A stretch of 64,000 nucleotides of DNA, taken from positions 2,865 through 66,864 of the forward strand of contig CANFRC010000014.1 of assembly GCA_947449315.1 (NCBI GenBank). The letters run 5' to 3'. The translations under genes were made by a program, and so were the position numbers. The notes under the pieces are model-generated. The model ran no database searches, was not told the DNA's origin, and saw only the letters and a program-made list of their open reading frames with translations. Every line of letters begins with the position of its first letter. The stretch's first letter is position 1. Source of the DNA: Bacteroidota bacterium. GTDB lineage: Bacteria; Bacteroidota; Bacteroidia; 2-12-FULL-35-15. Below, piece after piece: positions 38,100-48,739 of the stretch.

Positions 38100-38783
38100 T
38101 TAAACCAGTCCGCCATTCAGATCAATGCAGGACCCATTCAAATAGGGCGTATTTCGGATGTATTCAATAGTACTGAAAATATTCTCAGGATCGCCAAATT
38201 CGTTCGCCGCAATTTTTGATTTTATTTTTTCCTGTATTTCTTTAGGAACAGTATTGATCATGCCTACTTTAAAATAACCCAAATTAATATTGTTGATGGT
38301 AATCCCTTTTTGTGCATTTTCTAAAGCGATACTTTTTATCATGCCATTAATTCCTGCCTTTGATGCTGCATAGGCGCTTGTTCCCATTACTCCTGTCTGT
38401 GAAACAATAGAAGAAAGATTAATAATTCTTCCGAAATTGTGCTCACGCATCACAGGTAATATCGCACGTATTAAATAAAAGGTTCCTGTTAAATTTACAT
38501 TGATCACCTTGTTCCAGTCTTCAATGTTTGATTTGTGTGCAAAGGCATTGGCGCTAACTCCAGCACAATTGATTAGTGTTATTTCTTTTGATTGCGATTG
38601 TATGGAAGCGATAAATTTTTCTACCTGAGAAAAATCGGTGATGTCTAATGGAACAGTCGTTTCATAAATTTTTCCTTCCGGTTTATTCAAATGATAAGTC
38701 CCAATAATTGGGTCGCCCAATTGAGAAAATTTATTGAATAAAAAATTCCCTATTCCGCCTGTGATTCCTGTTATGATTATCAT
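38100..38783 (-). CDS. SDR-family oxidoreductase
   Basis: 227 aa. N-terminal ITGITGGIGNFLF (TGxxxGxG), catalytic YAASK, and NAG-like motif. Confidence 0.75.
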   Translation of the reverse strand: MIIITGITGGIGNFLFNKFSQLGDPIIGTYHLNKPEGKIYETTVPLDITDFSQVEKFIASIQSQSKEITLINCAGVSANAFAHKSNIEDWNKVINVNLTGTFYLIRAILPVMREHNFGRIINLSSIVSQTGVMGTSAYAASKAGINGMIKSIALENAQKGITINNINLGYFKVGMINTVPKEIQEKIKSKIAANEFGDPENIFSTIEYIRNTPYLNGSCIDLNGGLV

Positions 38784-38789
38784 TTCTTT

Positions 38790-41147
38790 TTATTTAATTT
38801 TTGCTTTCTCCTGTTTCGCCCAATTTAAATTACCTGCTGCGAGTTGATGAGTTGGGTCAATCTGCAAGGCTTTGTTGCAGGCATCAATTGCTTTGTCCCA
38901 CTGTTTTAGTTTACAATAAGCAGCAGCGATATTGTTGTATGCGTTTGCATTATCTGGTTTTAAGTCAATCGCTTTTTTGCATGCTTCAATTGATTTTTCA
39001 TATAAGCCTTGATTGTAATAGAGCAGACTTAAATTGATATAATTATCAGATGACGGCTTTTCTAATGCAATTTTTTGAATGGAGTTAAGATCGTTTTTTC
39101 CTTTTTGTGCAACCAACAAATTGTTTTTTGCTAATTCAAAGTTGGGGTTTATCTGAAGCGCTTTTTCAAAAGCAATGATGGCATCGTCCCATTTTTTTAA
39201 TACGTTATAAGCCGAACCAATATTATTATATGCTTCAGCAAAATTGGGTTTTATTTTGATTGCATCTGTTGCTGCATCAATACATTCCTCATATTTTTCT
39301 GCTTGATAATATACCAAACTCAAGTTTAAATAGTTGTCGGCAGAGGGTGCTTTTTTTAGTTTCTCCAATGCCATTTCAATTTTTCCTTTTTTATATGTAG
39401 CCGCATCAAGCGCAATTAATGCTTCTACATTACCTGGATTTATGGCTAATGTGCTATTTGCAAGTGGTGTTAATTTTTCCCACTCCTCTGTTTCTATATA
39501 TTCACGCATCAATAACGAACGCGCACCTATATGAGCCGGGGACAATTCTATCGCCTTCGTTAATTGATCAATGGCTTCTTTGTGTCGTAATTTAGAAGAT
39601 AAAAATTTCCCGTAAAAATAATAGCAGTCTGGAAAGCTGGCGCCATAAGCGATTGCGTTTTTGAAAAATATTTCTGCAGCTGCATCATTGCCTTGAACTG
39701 ATTTTAAAACACCTATATTTACATGTAAATATGGATAATAAGGCCACACTGTTAATGCTTTATTAAAATAGATGTCAGCTTCCGCATAATCTCCTTTTTC
39801 CATTTTGGCTAACCCATAGTTCATTAGCCCTCTCCCATTTTTTGGACTTTTTAATGTCACGTCTTTCCATAAACTTTCTTCGGTATGCCAAACACTATTT
39901 CGTTGATGTGTTCCATAGGCATAACCTCCCAAAATAATAAGCAGGCAAGAAATAAGGATGGCTTTGTTTGAAAATAATGCATCGATTTGTTTTTTATACG
40001 AAAGCAGCAGCAGCGCTACTGTATGACAAACAGCAATGGTAAGGCCTACATAAGGGAAAAATATGCGGTGGTCGTTTAATACTTCCGACAATGGGATGAC
40101 GCTGGTTGGAACTAATGCTAAAAAGAACCAAAGTATGCCAAAGCTGATTGGTCGTAATTTTTCATCTTTAGAAAATTTAAAAGCGATGTAAAGCAATGTG
40201 AGAATAAATGCACAACCAATAAAAAAAGAAGCATTCCATATCGTTTCAAGTGGAACCCAATCGGTGTCAGCGCTTAATCCAAGAGGAAGGAAAAAGGTAG
40301 TGACGTAATGAACAATAACAGCTGGCTGGGTAATCAAATAATTAAATGTGGATGTGCCACCGGGAATCCATGTTTTAGGAGTCATTCTGTCAACAAGCAA
40401 ATACATCAATCCGCATACGACAAAAGCAGGCAAGACTGTTTTTATTACCGAAAAAAATTGCTTGAGGTACTGCTTTTTAAAAACAGCCATTAAACTCATT
40501 TTTTGTTCAAACAGAAGCACGTAAAGGAAAAATAATGGTGCAAACATAGCTGCGGGAGGCTTTGCCAAAACGCCTATTGCTACTGGTAATAAATATAAAA
40601 ATGTTTTTTTGAAAAAAGAGGAATACATGTATAAGCAAAAACCAAGAATGACAAAGCATGTAGATTGTATATCGGATCGTGCAATAATATAATTTACTGT
40701 TTCTGCATTTGCAGGATGAAGTAAATACAAAGCAACAGCTGTTAGTGAAATGTAAAAATTCCAGCGATGCGTGAAGGAGCTGTTTAAAAGTTTAAAAAAG
40801 AGAAAGAACATGCAGGCGCCCTGCAATAAAAAAAGAATGAACGTGGATAAATGAAAATAAAAGAGGTGGTAGCCATTTCCTAACCAATAATCAATTGCTA
40901 ACGATGAGCTTACAATCGGCCTGTAGGATTGATTGGTTGGCAAAGAACTGAAGGTTGTTCCGTCTTTAAAAAATAAAGGAATATTACGAATATCCTTGAT
41001 GAATAAATTATTTTGAATCGTATGTGAGTCATCAAAATGAAATGAATTGCTGAAATGGTTGGCGTATGTAATTGTTACAATAAGCGCCAGCAATAAAAAA
41101 TAAGTAAGTGTTTTTTTTATAGAAAAATCTGCAGTTTGATTCGACAT
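38790..41147 (-). CDS. TMTC-like membrane protein: N-terminal polytopic GT-C-like (PMT/ArnT-like) domain + C-terminal TPR array
   Basis: 785 aa. About 11 TM helices in the first ~400 aa, with a conserved early loop (HFDDSHTI) and long loops between helices. At least 8 TPR-like repeats follow. Eukaryotic TMTC O-mannosyltransferases have the same architecture. Confidence 0.55.
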   Translation of the reverse strand: MSNQTADFSIKKTLTYFLLLALIVTITYANHFSNSFHFDDSHTIQNNLFIKDIRNIPLFFKDGTTFSSLPTNQSYRPIVSSSLAIDYWLGNGYHLFYFHLSTFILFLLQGACMFFLFFKLLNSSFTHRWNFYISLTAVALYLLHPANAETVNYIIARSDIQSTCFVILGFCLYMYSSFFKKTFLYLLPVAIGVLAKPPAAMFAPLFFLYVLLFEQKMSLMAVFKKQYLKQFFSVIKTVLPAFVVCGLMYLLVDRMTPKTWIPGGTSTFNYLITQPAVIVHYVTTFFLPLGLSADTDWVPLETIWNASFFIGCAFILTLLYIAFKFSKDEKLRPISFGILWFFLALVPTSVIPLSEVLNDHRIFFPYVGLTIAVCHTVALLLLSYKKQIDALFSNKAILISCLLIILGGYAYGTHQRNSVWHTEESLWKDVTLKSPKNGRGLMNYGLAKMEKGDYAEADIYFNKALTVWPYYPYLHVNIGVLKSVQGNDAAAEIFFKNAIAYGASFPDCYYFYGKFLSSKLRHKEAIDQLTKAIELSPAHIGARSLLMREYIETEEWEKLTPLANSTLAINPGNVEALIALDAATYKKGKIEMALEKLKKAPSADNYLNLSLVYYQAEKYEECIDAATDAIKIKPNFAEAYNNIGSAYNVLKKWDDAIIAFEKALQINPNFELAKNNLLVAQKGKNDLNSIQKIALEKPSSDNYINLSLLYYNQGLYEKSIEACKKAIDLKPDNANAYNNIAAAYCKLKQWDKAIDACNKALQIDPTHQLAAGNLNWAKQEKAKIK

Positions 41148-41276
41148 TTGTAGGTTATTTTTGAGCTGTAAAATTATGAAATAATGCCGTATTCGTCCAA
41201 ATTAATTTACGCTGTAAAAAACAACCATTTCTTTTTTTATTTTATACTGTAATAATATTAACTTTGACACTGAAAA

Positions 41277-42134
41277 ATGGCACTATTCGGACTTTTTAAT
41301 AAATCTGGCAAAAGCACTGGCGAAATGTCCTTCTGGGGGCATATTGACGCCTTGCGTGGTCATCTGTTTCGTTCCGTATTGCTCGTTGTTTCAATAGCAA
41401 TTGTTACTTTTTTCTTCCCTGAAATATTATTTGATAAAATAATATTCGGTCCTATTCATAATGATTTTATAACGTATCGTGCTTTTTGTCATTTAGGCCA
41501 TTGGTTACAATTGCATGGTGTAATGCCAGATGGTAATGACCTTTGTTTCGGACATTATAACTTCAAATTACAAAGTCTGGGCTTGTCTGATCAATTCACT
41601 TCTCAGATGTGGGTCGCTTTTGTCGGAGGTTTGATAATTGGTTCACCCTATGTATTATGGGAGTTTTGGCGTTTCATAAAACCAGCTTTAAAAGAGAAAG
41701 AAAGAAAAGCATCAACTATCTTTATTTTTGTGGCAAGTTTTTTATTTGTATCAGGTGTGCTATTTAGTTATTTTATTATTGTTCCATTGATGGTGAACTT
41801 TTTAGGAAACTATCAGGTAAGTACAATGGTTGAAAATAATTTTACAATGGATTCCTATATCTCCACTGTAACAACGGTTACTATTGCTGCAGGATTAATG
41901 TTTGAGCTTCCGGTGCTAGCTTATTTTCTTACGCAATTTGGGTTGCTTACCCCTCAATTTATGCGTAAATACCGTAAACACGCTATAGTTGTTATTTTAA
42001 TTGTTGCTGGTGTTATCACTCCTGGCCCCGATGTTACCTCCCAAATGCTTGTTGCATTTCCCTTGTATTTCTTGTACGAAGCGAGTATATTTGTTTCTTA
42101 CTTTGTAGTAAAGAGAAAAGAAAAAAATAGTTAA
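41277..42134 (+). CDS. tatC: Twin-arginine translocase subunit TatC
   Basis: MSFWGHIDALRGHLFRSVL is a TatC N-terminal motif. Six TM helices. The start could alternatively be the internal Met at 41325. Confidence 0.85.
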   Translation: MALFGLFNKSGKSTGEMSFWGHIDALRGHLFRSVLLVVSIAIVTFFFPEILFDKIIFGPIHNDFITYRAFCHLGHWLQLHGVMPDGNDLCFGHYNFKLQSLGLSDQFTSQMWVAFVGGLIIGSPYVLWEFWRFIKPALKEKERKASTIFIFVASFLFVSGVLFSYFIIVPLMVNFLGNYQVSTMVENNFTMDSYISTVTTVTIAAGLMFELPVLAYFLTQFGLLTPQFMRKYRKHAIVVILIVAGVITPGPDVTSQMLVAFPLYFLYEASIFVSYFVVKRKEKNS

Positions 42135-42196
42135 TCATTCGTGTTTAATCGTATCTTTTTTCTGTGTATGAATCATAATGTATAAACCTATATTCA

Positions 42197-42541
42197 ATGG
42201 CAAATAGTGTAAAGGAGTTTAATGATTACAGGACTAAAATGAATGAGAAAATTTTAGCTTCTGACAATATTGTTTTAAAACGACTTTATAATTTAGATAC
42301 AAATACCTATGCCGAAGGAGCTTTATCAGTAAAGACAAAAGAAATGTTAGGACTTGTCGCATCGATGGTTTTACGATGCGATGATTGTATAAAGTATCAT
42401 CTTGAAAAGTGCAAAGAAAATAATACCACTACAGAAGAAGTTTTTGAGATTTTTGCTGTTGCAAATATTGTTGGTGGAACGATTGTGATACCCCATACTC
42501 GAAGGGCTGTGGAGTTTTGGGAAGAACTGAATAAATCATAA
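42197..42541 (+). CDS. Carboxymuconolactone decarboxylase / AhpD-like family protein
   Basis: 114 aa. CDDCIKYH CxxC-containing helix, typical of the AhpD-like core. Confidence 0.65.
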   Translation: MANSVKEFNDYRTKMNEKILASDNIVLKRLYNLDTNTYAEGALSVKTKEMLGLVASMVLRCDDCIKYHLEKCKENNTTTEEVFEIFAVANIVGGTIVIPHTRRAVEFWEELNKS

Positions 42542-42548
42542 TTTATTT

Positions 42549-45047
42549 GTGGGGAAGTTTTTAAAACATATTATCCTTCAAAAGGCATTACTTATTGTGA
42601 TGCTCTTCATTTCTTTCTCACAGTATGGTGTTTCTCAAACCACCAAAGTGAGCGGGAAGATCATTGATGCTGTTTCGCGTGAGCCATTGCCTTTTGTGAA
42701 TATAATTTTTAAAGGGACTACCGTTGGTGCTACTAGTGATATTGAGGGTCATTTTGATTTTTCTACAGTACTTAAAGTAGATTCCGTTGTTGTTTCATAT
42801 GTTGGATATAATAAACTTACGAAAGCAATTAGGAGAGGCGCTACTCAGGAAGTAATTATTGCACTTTCTCAAGGGGTTGATTTAAATGTAGTAGAAGTTC
42901 ATCCCGGCGAAAATCCAGCTTGGCGAATCCTTAGAAAGGTAATTGCTAATAAAGATAAGAACGACCGAAAAAAGTTGGATGCATACCAATACGAAGTGTA
43001 TAATAAGGTTGAATTTGATTTGAATAATTTAAGCGATGACTTTAAGAATAATAAATTGCTTAAACCGTTCTCTTTTATTTTTGATAACATAGATAGTACA
43101 AATGCGAAGGAAAAACCTTACTTACCCATTTTTATGACGGAGGCCTTATCAGAATATTATTTCCGAAAGAACCCAAGAACACACAACGAAATAATTAAGG
43201 CGAATAGAGTTGCTGGTGTCGAAAACGCAAGTGTATCGCAGTTTATGGGTGATATGTATCAGAATATAAATATTTATGATAATAACATATTAGTTTTTGG
43301 AAAGAACTTTGTAAGTCCTATTTCTGATAATGCATTGTTGTTTTACAAATTTTATTTAATTGATAGTATGATCATCGATGGTCACAAATGTTATCAGCTT
43401 CAGTTTAAACCCAAACGAAAACAAGAGTTAGCTTTTGTAGGTAATCTTTGGGCTGCCGACTCTTCCTTCGGCATCAAACAAATTGAAATGAGTATAGCCA
43501 GTGATGCAAACATTAACTTTATCAATTCTACTGCTGTTGTTCAAACCTATGTGAATATTGATTCTACTTGGATGATGCAAAAAGAACGTTTGGTGATTGA
43601 CTTTAATCCATTTCCTTTGGATACAAAGAAAAAAGCGATGATGGGAGTCTATGGAAGAAAGACAGCTGATTACAGTAATTTTAGTATTAACAAACCAAAA
43701 GAAGAAAGTTTTTATTCGATTACCGAAAATTTAACTGTTGATAAGGATGCCTTCAAAAAAGATAACCTTTATTGGGAACAACACAGACACGATAGTTTAT
43801 CAAAAAATGAAAAGCAGATCTATAAGATGGTTGACACGATCCAAACGCTACCTGCCTTCAAAACGTGGTCGAGTATCGTTCAGCTTTTTGCTCAAGGGTA
43901 TAAAACAATAGGAAATTTTGAAATTGGTCCCTATTACAATATGTTTAGCACAAATGAAATTGAAGGGAATCGCTTTCGTTTTGGTGGACGTACAAGTAAT
44001 CAGTTTAGTAAATGGTACGAATTAAGTGGATATGTAGCGTATGGTACCAGAGACGAAAAATTTAAGTATGGATTAGGGATTCGTGCTTTTGTTACCAAAA
44101 AACCTCGCGTTCTTGTAGGATTGAACTATAAAAATGACAATGAGATTTTAGGTCAGAGCCAAAATGGTTTTACAACCGATAATATTTTTGCCTCTCTTTT
44201 TAGGGTAACACCACTTCGTAATTTAACGAATGTAAAGCAAGTAAATGGTTATGTTAATTATGAATGGTTTACAGGCTTTACAACTAAATTTAGTTTATAC
44301 CATAGAGAGATGTCGCCATTGGCAAACTTTCACTATGAATATCAAAAAAATGCTGCGACAACAGCATTTAAAGAAAATATCGTAACCTCTGAGGTTCGAT
44401 TACTTGCGAGACTTGCTTACAATGAAAAATATATTGAAGGGGTATTCACACGTACTAGTCTTGGAACCCATTACCCAATAGTTCAAGCGGAATATGTATT
44501 GGGTCTGAAAAATTTATTTTTTAGTGATTACGGCTATCAGAAATTAACAGTAAACGTTGATGATTACTTGCACATCAATCCAATTGGATATTTTCACTAT
44601 ATTTTGGAATACGGAAAAGTGTGGGGACAATTACCTTACCCTTTGCTTACAATACATGGTGGAAATGAAACTTATGTTTATGACCCGTATGCGTTTAACG
44701 CAATGAATTATTATGAATTTGTGAGTGACGAATACGCTTCCGTATCTGTAGCGCAACATTTTGAAGGATTTTTCTTTAACAGAGTTCCACTATTGCGGAA
44801 GTTGAAATGGCGTGAAGTTTTAGGCGGTAAAGCATTAATTGGAAAAGTAAACGATAAGAACAGAAGTCTTTTAAACTTTCCTGATCATTTGTATTCTTTG
44901 AATCATGGACCTTATATGGAGGCAACCGCAGGTATTGAAAATATTTTTAAATTCTTTAGAATAGATGGTGTTTGGAGATTATCATATTTAGATAATCCAA
45001 AGGCTGTTCCATTTAGTATTAAAGGATCATTTCAATTGACATTTTAA
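42549..45047 (+). CDS. DUF5686 + carboxypeptidase-regulatory-like domain protein (Bacteroidota gene conserved upstream of lptB)
   Basis: 832 aa. Signal peptide, N-terminal CarbopepD_reg-like sandwich ([25 protein letters not shown]), and a large beta-rich body. Its position immediately upstream of lptB is typical of Bacteroidota. Confidence 0.6.
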   Translation: MGKFLKHIILQKALLIVMLFISFSQYGVSQTTKVSGKIIDAVSREPLPFVNIIFKGTTVGATSDIEGHFDFSTVLKVDSVVVSYVGYNKLTKAIRRGATQEVIIALSQGVDLNVVEVHPGENPAWRILRKVIANKDKNDRKKLDAYQYEVYNKVEFDLNNLSDDFKNNKLLKPFSFIFDNIDSTNAKEKPYLPIFMTEALSEYYFRKNPRTHNEIIKANRVAGVENASVSQFMGDMYQNINIYDNNILVFGKNFVSPISDNALLFYKFYLIDSMIIDGHKCYQLQFKPKRKQELAFVGNLWAADSSFGIKQIEMSIASDANINFINSTAVVQTYVNIDSTWMMQKERLVIDFNPFPLDTKKKAMMGVYGRKTADYSNFSINKPKEESFYSITENLTVDKDAFKKDNLYWEQHRHDSLSKNEKQIYKMVDTIQTLPAFKTWSSIVQLFAQGYKTIGNFEIGPYYNMFSTNEIEGNRFRFGGRTSNQFSKWYELSGYVAYGTRDEKFKYGLGIRAFVTKKPRVLVGLNYKNDNEILGQSQNGFTTDNIFASLFRVTPLRNLTNVKQVNGYVNYEWFTGFTTKFSLYHREMSPLANFHYEYQKNAATTAFKENIVTSEVRLLARLAYNEKYIEGVFTRTSLGTHYPIVQAEYVLGLKNLFFSDYGYQKLTVNVDDYLHINPIGYFHYILEYGKVWGQLPYPLLTIHGGNETYVYDPYAFNAMNYYEFVSDEYASVSVAQHFEGFFFNRVPLLRKLKWREVLGGKALIGKVNDKNRSLLNFPDHLYSLNHGPYMEATAGIENIFKFFRIDGVWRLSYLDNPKAVPFSIKGSFQLTF

Positions 45048-45057
45048 TGCAATAACA

Positions 45058-45804
45058 ATGATATTAAGAGCAGAAAATTTAGTAAAAAAATATAAGAATC
45101 GTACCGTAGTAAAAAATGTTTCTGTTGAGGTAAAACAAGGAGAAATTGTTGGTCTTTTAGGCCCAAATGGTGCTGGTAAAACCACTTCGTTTTATATGAT
45201 TGTGGGCATGATAAAACCCAATTCAGGTCAGATATTTTTAGATGACCTTGATATTACCAACGAACCAATGTATAAGCGGGCACAACTAGGAATTGGTTAT
45301 TTGGCACAGGAGGCTTCTGTTTTCAGAAAACTTAGCGTTGAAGATAATATTCGTGCTATTTTAGAAATGACCAATTTGAATAAGCAGGAGCAAAAAGAAA
45401 AATTAGAAGATCTGCTTGGTGAATTTCATTTACAACATATTCGTAAAAATTTAGGGGACAGACTATCAGGTGGGGAGAGACGAAGAACTGAAATTGCTCG
45501 ATGTCTTGCCGCTGATCCTAAATTTATTTTGCTGGATGAACCATTTGCGGGGGTCGACCCTATTGCTGTCGAAGATATTCAAAGTATTGTAGCAAAACTT
45601 AAAAAAAGAAATATTGGAATCCTTATAACCGACCATAATGTTCAGGAAACGCTGCAAATCACAGATAGGGCTTATTTGCTTTTTGAAGGTAGCATCTTAA
45701 AGGCTGGTAATGCGGAAGAGTTGGCAAACGATGAACAGGTGCGCAGAGTTTATCTGGGTAAAAATTTTGAGTTGCGTGGCAATAAAAAAATGGAGCAGGA
45801 ATAA
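45058..45804 (+). CDS. lptB: LPS export ABC transporter ATP-binding protein
   Basis: 248 aa. Walker [10 protein letters not shown], signature [16 protein letters not shown], and Walker [13 protein letters not shown]. The length and NFELRG tail match LptB. Confidence 0.85.
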   Translation: MILRAENLVKKYKNRTVVKNVSVEVKQGEIVGLLGPNGAGKTTSFYMIVGMIKPNSGQIFLDDLDITNEPMYKRAQLGIGYLAQEASVFRKLSVEDNIRAILEMTNLNKQEQKEKLEDLLGEFHLQHIRKNLGDRLSGGERRRTEIARCLAADPKFILLDEPFAGVDPIAVEDIQSIVAKLKKRNIGILITDHNVQETLQITDRAYLLFEGSILKAGNAEELANDEQVRRVYLGKNFELRGNKKMEQE

Positions 45805-46138
45805 ATTATTTTTGATATCCGAACAACAGTAAAGTTGATTCTCTCTTTTATCCTTCTTTACTCATCAAAAGATCTCCATTCCATAAAAAGTTATTCCTTC
45901 TGCTTGCTTAAAATATTCCAGATCTAATGCAATTAAATTTTAACGCCCCTTTTTTGATCTGTTATTAATATCGTTCATCACAGTGTCACTTCTTACAATA
46001 GCCCTTTGAATAAATAAAATGATTTGCTCTTATCCTATAAATGATAAAAAGGAGAACTCCCATGCTAAGAATGAACCATAGTTTATATTTTTAAAAAATA
46101 GTTCATTCAAAAAATAAATTACAAAAGGAAGAAGAGAA

Positions 46139-46390
46139 TTAGTTCTCGAAAATTTCGAATTCGTAAAATTCCATGATTTGGTTAGCAAGCAATTTTTTAC
46201 AAGCTTCATCAACTTTCAAACTTGCAGCATCTTTTGATGCAGCTTCAATCTCCAAGGTAACGTGCTTTCCGATGCGGACATTCTCAATTTCAGGCAACCC
46301 TAGGTTTTTCATGCTTCCAGTAACTGCTTTTCCTTGTGGGTCTAATAGTGCCTTTAGTGGCATAATATCAATTTCTGCTCTGAATTTCAT
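46139..46390 (-). CDS. purS: Phosphoribosylformylglycinamidine synthase subunit PurS
   Basis: 83 aa. MKFRAEIDIMPLKALLDPQGKAV...NVRIGKHVTLEIEA is the PurS signature. Confidence 0.85.
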   Translation of the reverse strand: MKFRAEIDIMPLKALLDPQGKAVTGSMKNLGLPEIENVRIGKHVTLEIEAASKDAASLKVDEACKKLLANQIMEFYEFEIFEN

Positions 46391-46402
46391 ATGTAAAATG
46401 GT

Positions 46403-47194
46403 TTAGTTTTCTTGTGTTTTAGTATTAGTAGACCTATTATTGATAAATGATAAAAGGATGTACAAAAATAGGATAAAAGGGATTGCAATGAAATGAAATA
46501 GTATCAACAATATCACTGAAATTATTAAAAAAGAATAACGCATCTTGTTGTTTGGCCATCCAAAATTTTTAAATTTCATAGCAAATAAAGGGATTTCCGC
46601 CACCAAGAGGTAAGACATCACAACAGTTAGTCCGATCAGAAAATATACGTTTTGAGTAATATTTAATATGTTAATTCCCATAACACTTGGTTGGAATTCA
46701 TTTATCAACGGAATGGAACAGATAAGGAGTGTATTTGCTGGTGTAGGAACTCCGATAAAGGCATTAGTTTGTCGGGTATCAATATTGAATTTTGCTAATC
46801 GAATGCAAGAAAAGATCGTGATCAAAAATGGGATATATTCAACATAGGAATAATAGGTATTGATGGATGAATTCCAATGTGATGCGACAGGTTGACAATT
46901 CTGATAATCTTTACACATCTCCAACCAAGAATGTCCCAGCAAATGATACATAACAACGCCCGGTACCACTCCAAATGTGACCATATCCGCAAGTGAATCC
47001 AACTGTTTCCCTAATTCTCCGCCTACCTGTAATAATCTGGCAACAAAACCATCAAAAAAATCAAGCACAGCAGCAATCCCAACCAGATAAGCGGTCAAAA
47101 TAAGGTCACCTTTAAAAGCGCTTGTAATGGCTAAGCACCCGCAAAATAAATTGCCACAGGTAAGTAAATTTGGAATGTGTTTTTTTATATTCAT
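46403..47194 (-). CDS. pssA: CDP-diacylglycerol--serine O-phosphatidyltransferase (CDP-alcohol phosphatidyltransferase family)
   Basis: 263 aa. PNLLTCGNLFCG...DFFDGFVARLL...G..LD.LAD motif of the CDP-OH_P_transf family. Size and TM pattern match bacterial type II PssA. Confidence 0.75.
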   Translation of the reverse strand: MNIKKHIPNLLTCGNLFCGCLAITSAFKGDLILTAYLVGIAAVLDFFDGFVARLLQVGGELGKQLDSLADMVTFGVVPGVVMYHLLGHSWLEMCKDYQNCQPVASHWNSSINTYYSYVEYIPFLITIFSCIRLAKFNIDTRQTNAFIGVPTPANTLLICSIPLINEFQPSVMGINILNITQNVYFLIGLTVVMSYLLVAEIPLFAMKFKNFGWPNNKMRYSFLIISVILLILFHFIAIPFILFLYILLSFINNRSTNTKTQEN

Positions 47195-47260
47195 TCGGCT
47201 ACGAAATTACAAAAAAATATGTTGGTTTTCTAATAAATACCCGACCTGATTCATAGGCAC

Positions 47261-48739
47261 TTGAAGTCTCTTGCAAAGGAAGTTTTAATTATCTTTGACA
47301 ACATGCAAGTAGTGTTGCCTTTTACATATGCTTTGATCTTTATTTTTTTGATCCTTAAGTTGAAATTTTTTGACTTTACTGGGATATCAAAAGGTCAGTT
47401 GATTCTGCTTTTCGTCCTGAAAATTGTTTTTGGCTTTGCAGTATCGGCTATATATATGTTTTATTATAATACCTCCGATTTTGATACCTATCTGAAAGCA
47501 AGTAAAATGGGTTTCGACTATTTTATGGGTAACAGTTCTAATCTAATTATGCCTGGTTGGAATTCTAGTTTCGATGATACGATGTTTAATAATTCTCGGA
47601 TTGTGATCGGAATTAATTTTTTGCTCCAGTTTATATCGTTGAATATACAATTTGTTCACATATTGTTTTTCTGCTTTTTTTCATTCGCGGGACTTACAGC
47701 TCTGTTTAGGTCACTTTATAAACACTTCCCAAATAAAAGGATAGCACTTGTGATTGGTATTTATCTCGTTCCTTCTGTCTTGTTTTGGACAGCGGGTGTA
47801 TTCAAAGAAACAATAGCTATTTCATGTCTTGGTTTTCTAGTTTATTTTACTGATTTTGGTTTGCAGAAAAAGTATACCTCCTCACAAATCCTTTTATCGA
47901 TCTTCTTATTTATACTTCTTTTTTTTACAAAAATATATATTGCTTTGGCGATATCCCCATTGCTACTAGCAAATTTTATGATTAGCAAAACGGAAGGCAA
48001 ATATATAGTACTAAAATATTTGTCAGTATTTATTGCTGCTGTTTTAATGGTTCATGGATTTTCTAAATTTGGAGATAAAACAAATGTGTATAAAATGTTT
48101 GCTGATAAACAATCTAAGGCGATCAGTGAAGCTAAGGGAGGATATTTTTTAATGAATGACTCCTGTTTTATTTCTGTTGAAAGTTCCAATAAAAATGCAT
48201 TGATTCTTCAACAGGATTCTACCTATAGGATAAAAATGGGAAGTAGTTTCTTGTCGTGGAAATTAGACAATATGAAGGATACAACTTTTGTTGTTAATTC
48301 CATGGATTCATCTTCCTTCACATTGTTGTATCATGTAACACCTGCAAATTCTGTTGTTCTGATAAAACCATTTCCCCCAACTTTTGGCGGTATACTTAAC
48401 AATATCCCTTCCGCAATATTAAATGTGTTTATTCAACCAACCCTATTCGGAATTAAAAACAGTTGGCAATTGATCGCATGGCTCGAAAACAGTCTGGTGA
48501 TCCTCCTGCTTGTTTTCGCAGTATTATTTTTCGACAAAAAAATAGCAAAGGATAACGAAGTGCTTTTATTCTGCCTTCTATTAGGAATCATTCAGTTTGC
48601 TGAAATTGGCTTGGTTACTCCTGCCATAGGAGCAATGGTAAGGTATAAAGTTACAGCCTTGCCTTTTATTGTTACGATGAGTTTGATATGTATTGATTCG
48701 GAAAAGCTTTTCAGTGTAATGAAAAGGATTAAAAATTAG
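47261..48739 (+). CDS. Polytopic membrane protein of unknown family (possibly GT-C-like)
   Basis: 492 aa. At least 10 hydrophobic helices with a long periplasmic-looking loop (residues ~280-370). Convergent with the ArnT-like gene and overlapping it by 11 nt. Confidence 0.4.
   Translation: MKSLAKEVLIIFDNMQVVLPFTYALIFIFLILKLKFFDFTGISKGQLILLFVLKIVFGFAVSAIYMFYYNTSDFDTYLKASKMGFDYFMGNSSNLIMPGWNSSFDDTMFNNSRIVIGINFLLQFISLNIQFVHILFFCFFSFAGLTALFRSLYKHFPNKRIALVIGIYLVPSVLFWTAGVFKETIAISCLGFLVYFTDFGLQKKYTSSQILLSIFLFILLFFTKIYIALAISPLLLANFMISKTEGKYIVLKYLSVFIAAVLMVHGFSKFGDKTNVYKMFADKQSKAISEAKGGYFLMNDSCFISVESSNKNALILQQDSTYRIKMGSSFLSWKLDNMKDTTFVVNSMDSSSFTLLYHVTPANSVVLIKPFPPTFGGILNNIPSAILNVFIQPTLFGIKNSWQLIAWLENSLVILLLVFAVLFFDKKIAKDNEVLLFCLLLGIIQFAEIGLVTPAIGAMVRYKVTALPFIVTMSLICIDSEKLFSVMKRIKN

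Noticed and set aside
46030-46212. 60-aa minus-strand ORF spanning the purS 3' end and downstream region
   Set aside because: It overlaps purS out of frame and extends into AT-rich spacer. No signal or motif is present, so it is treated as spurious.
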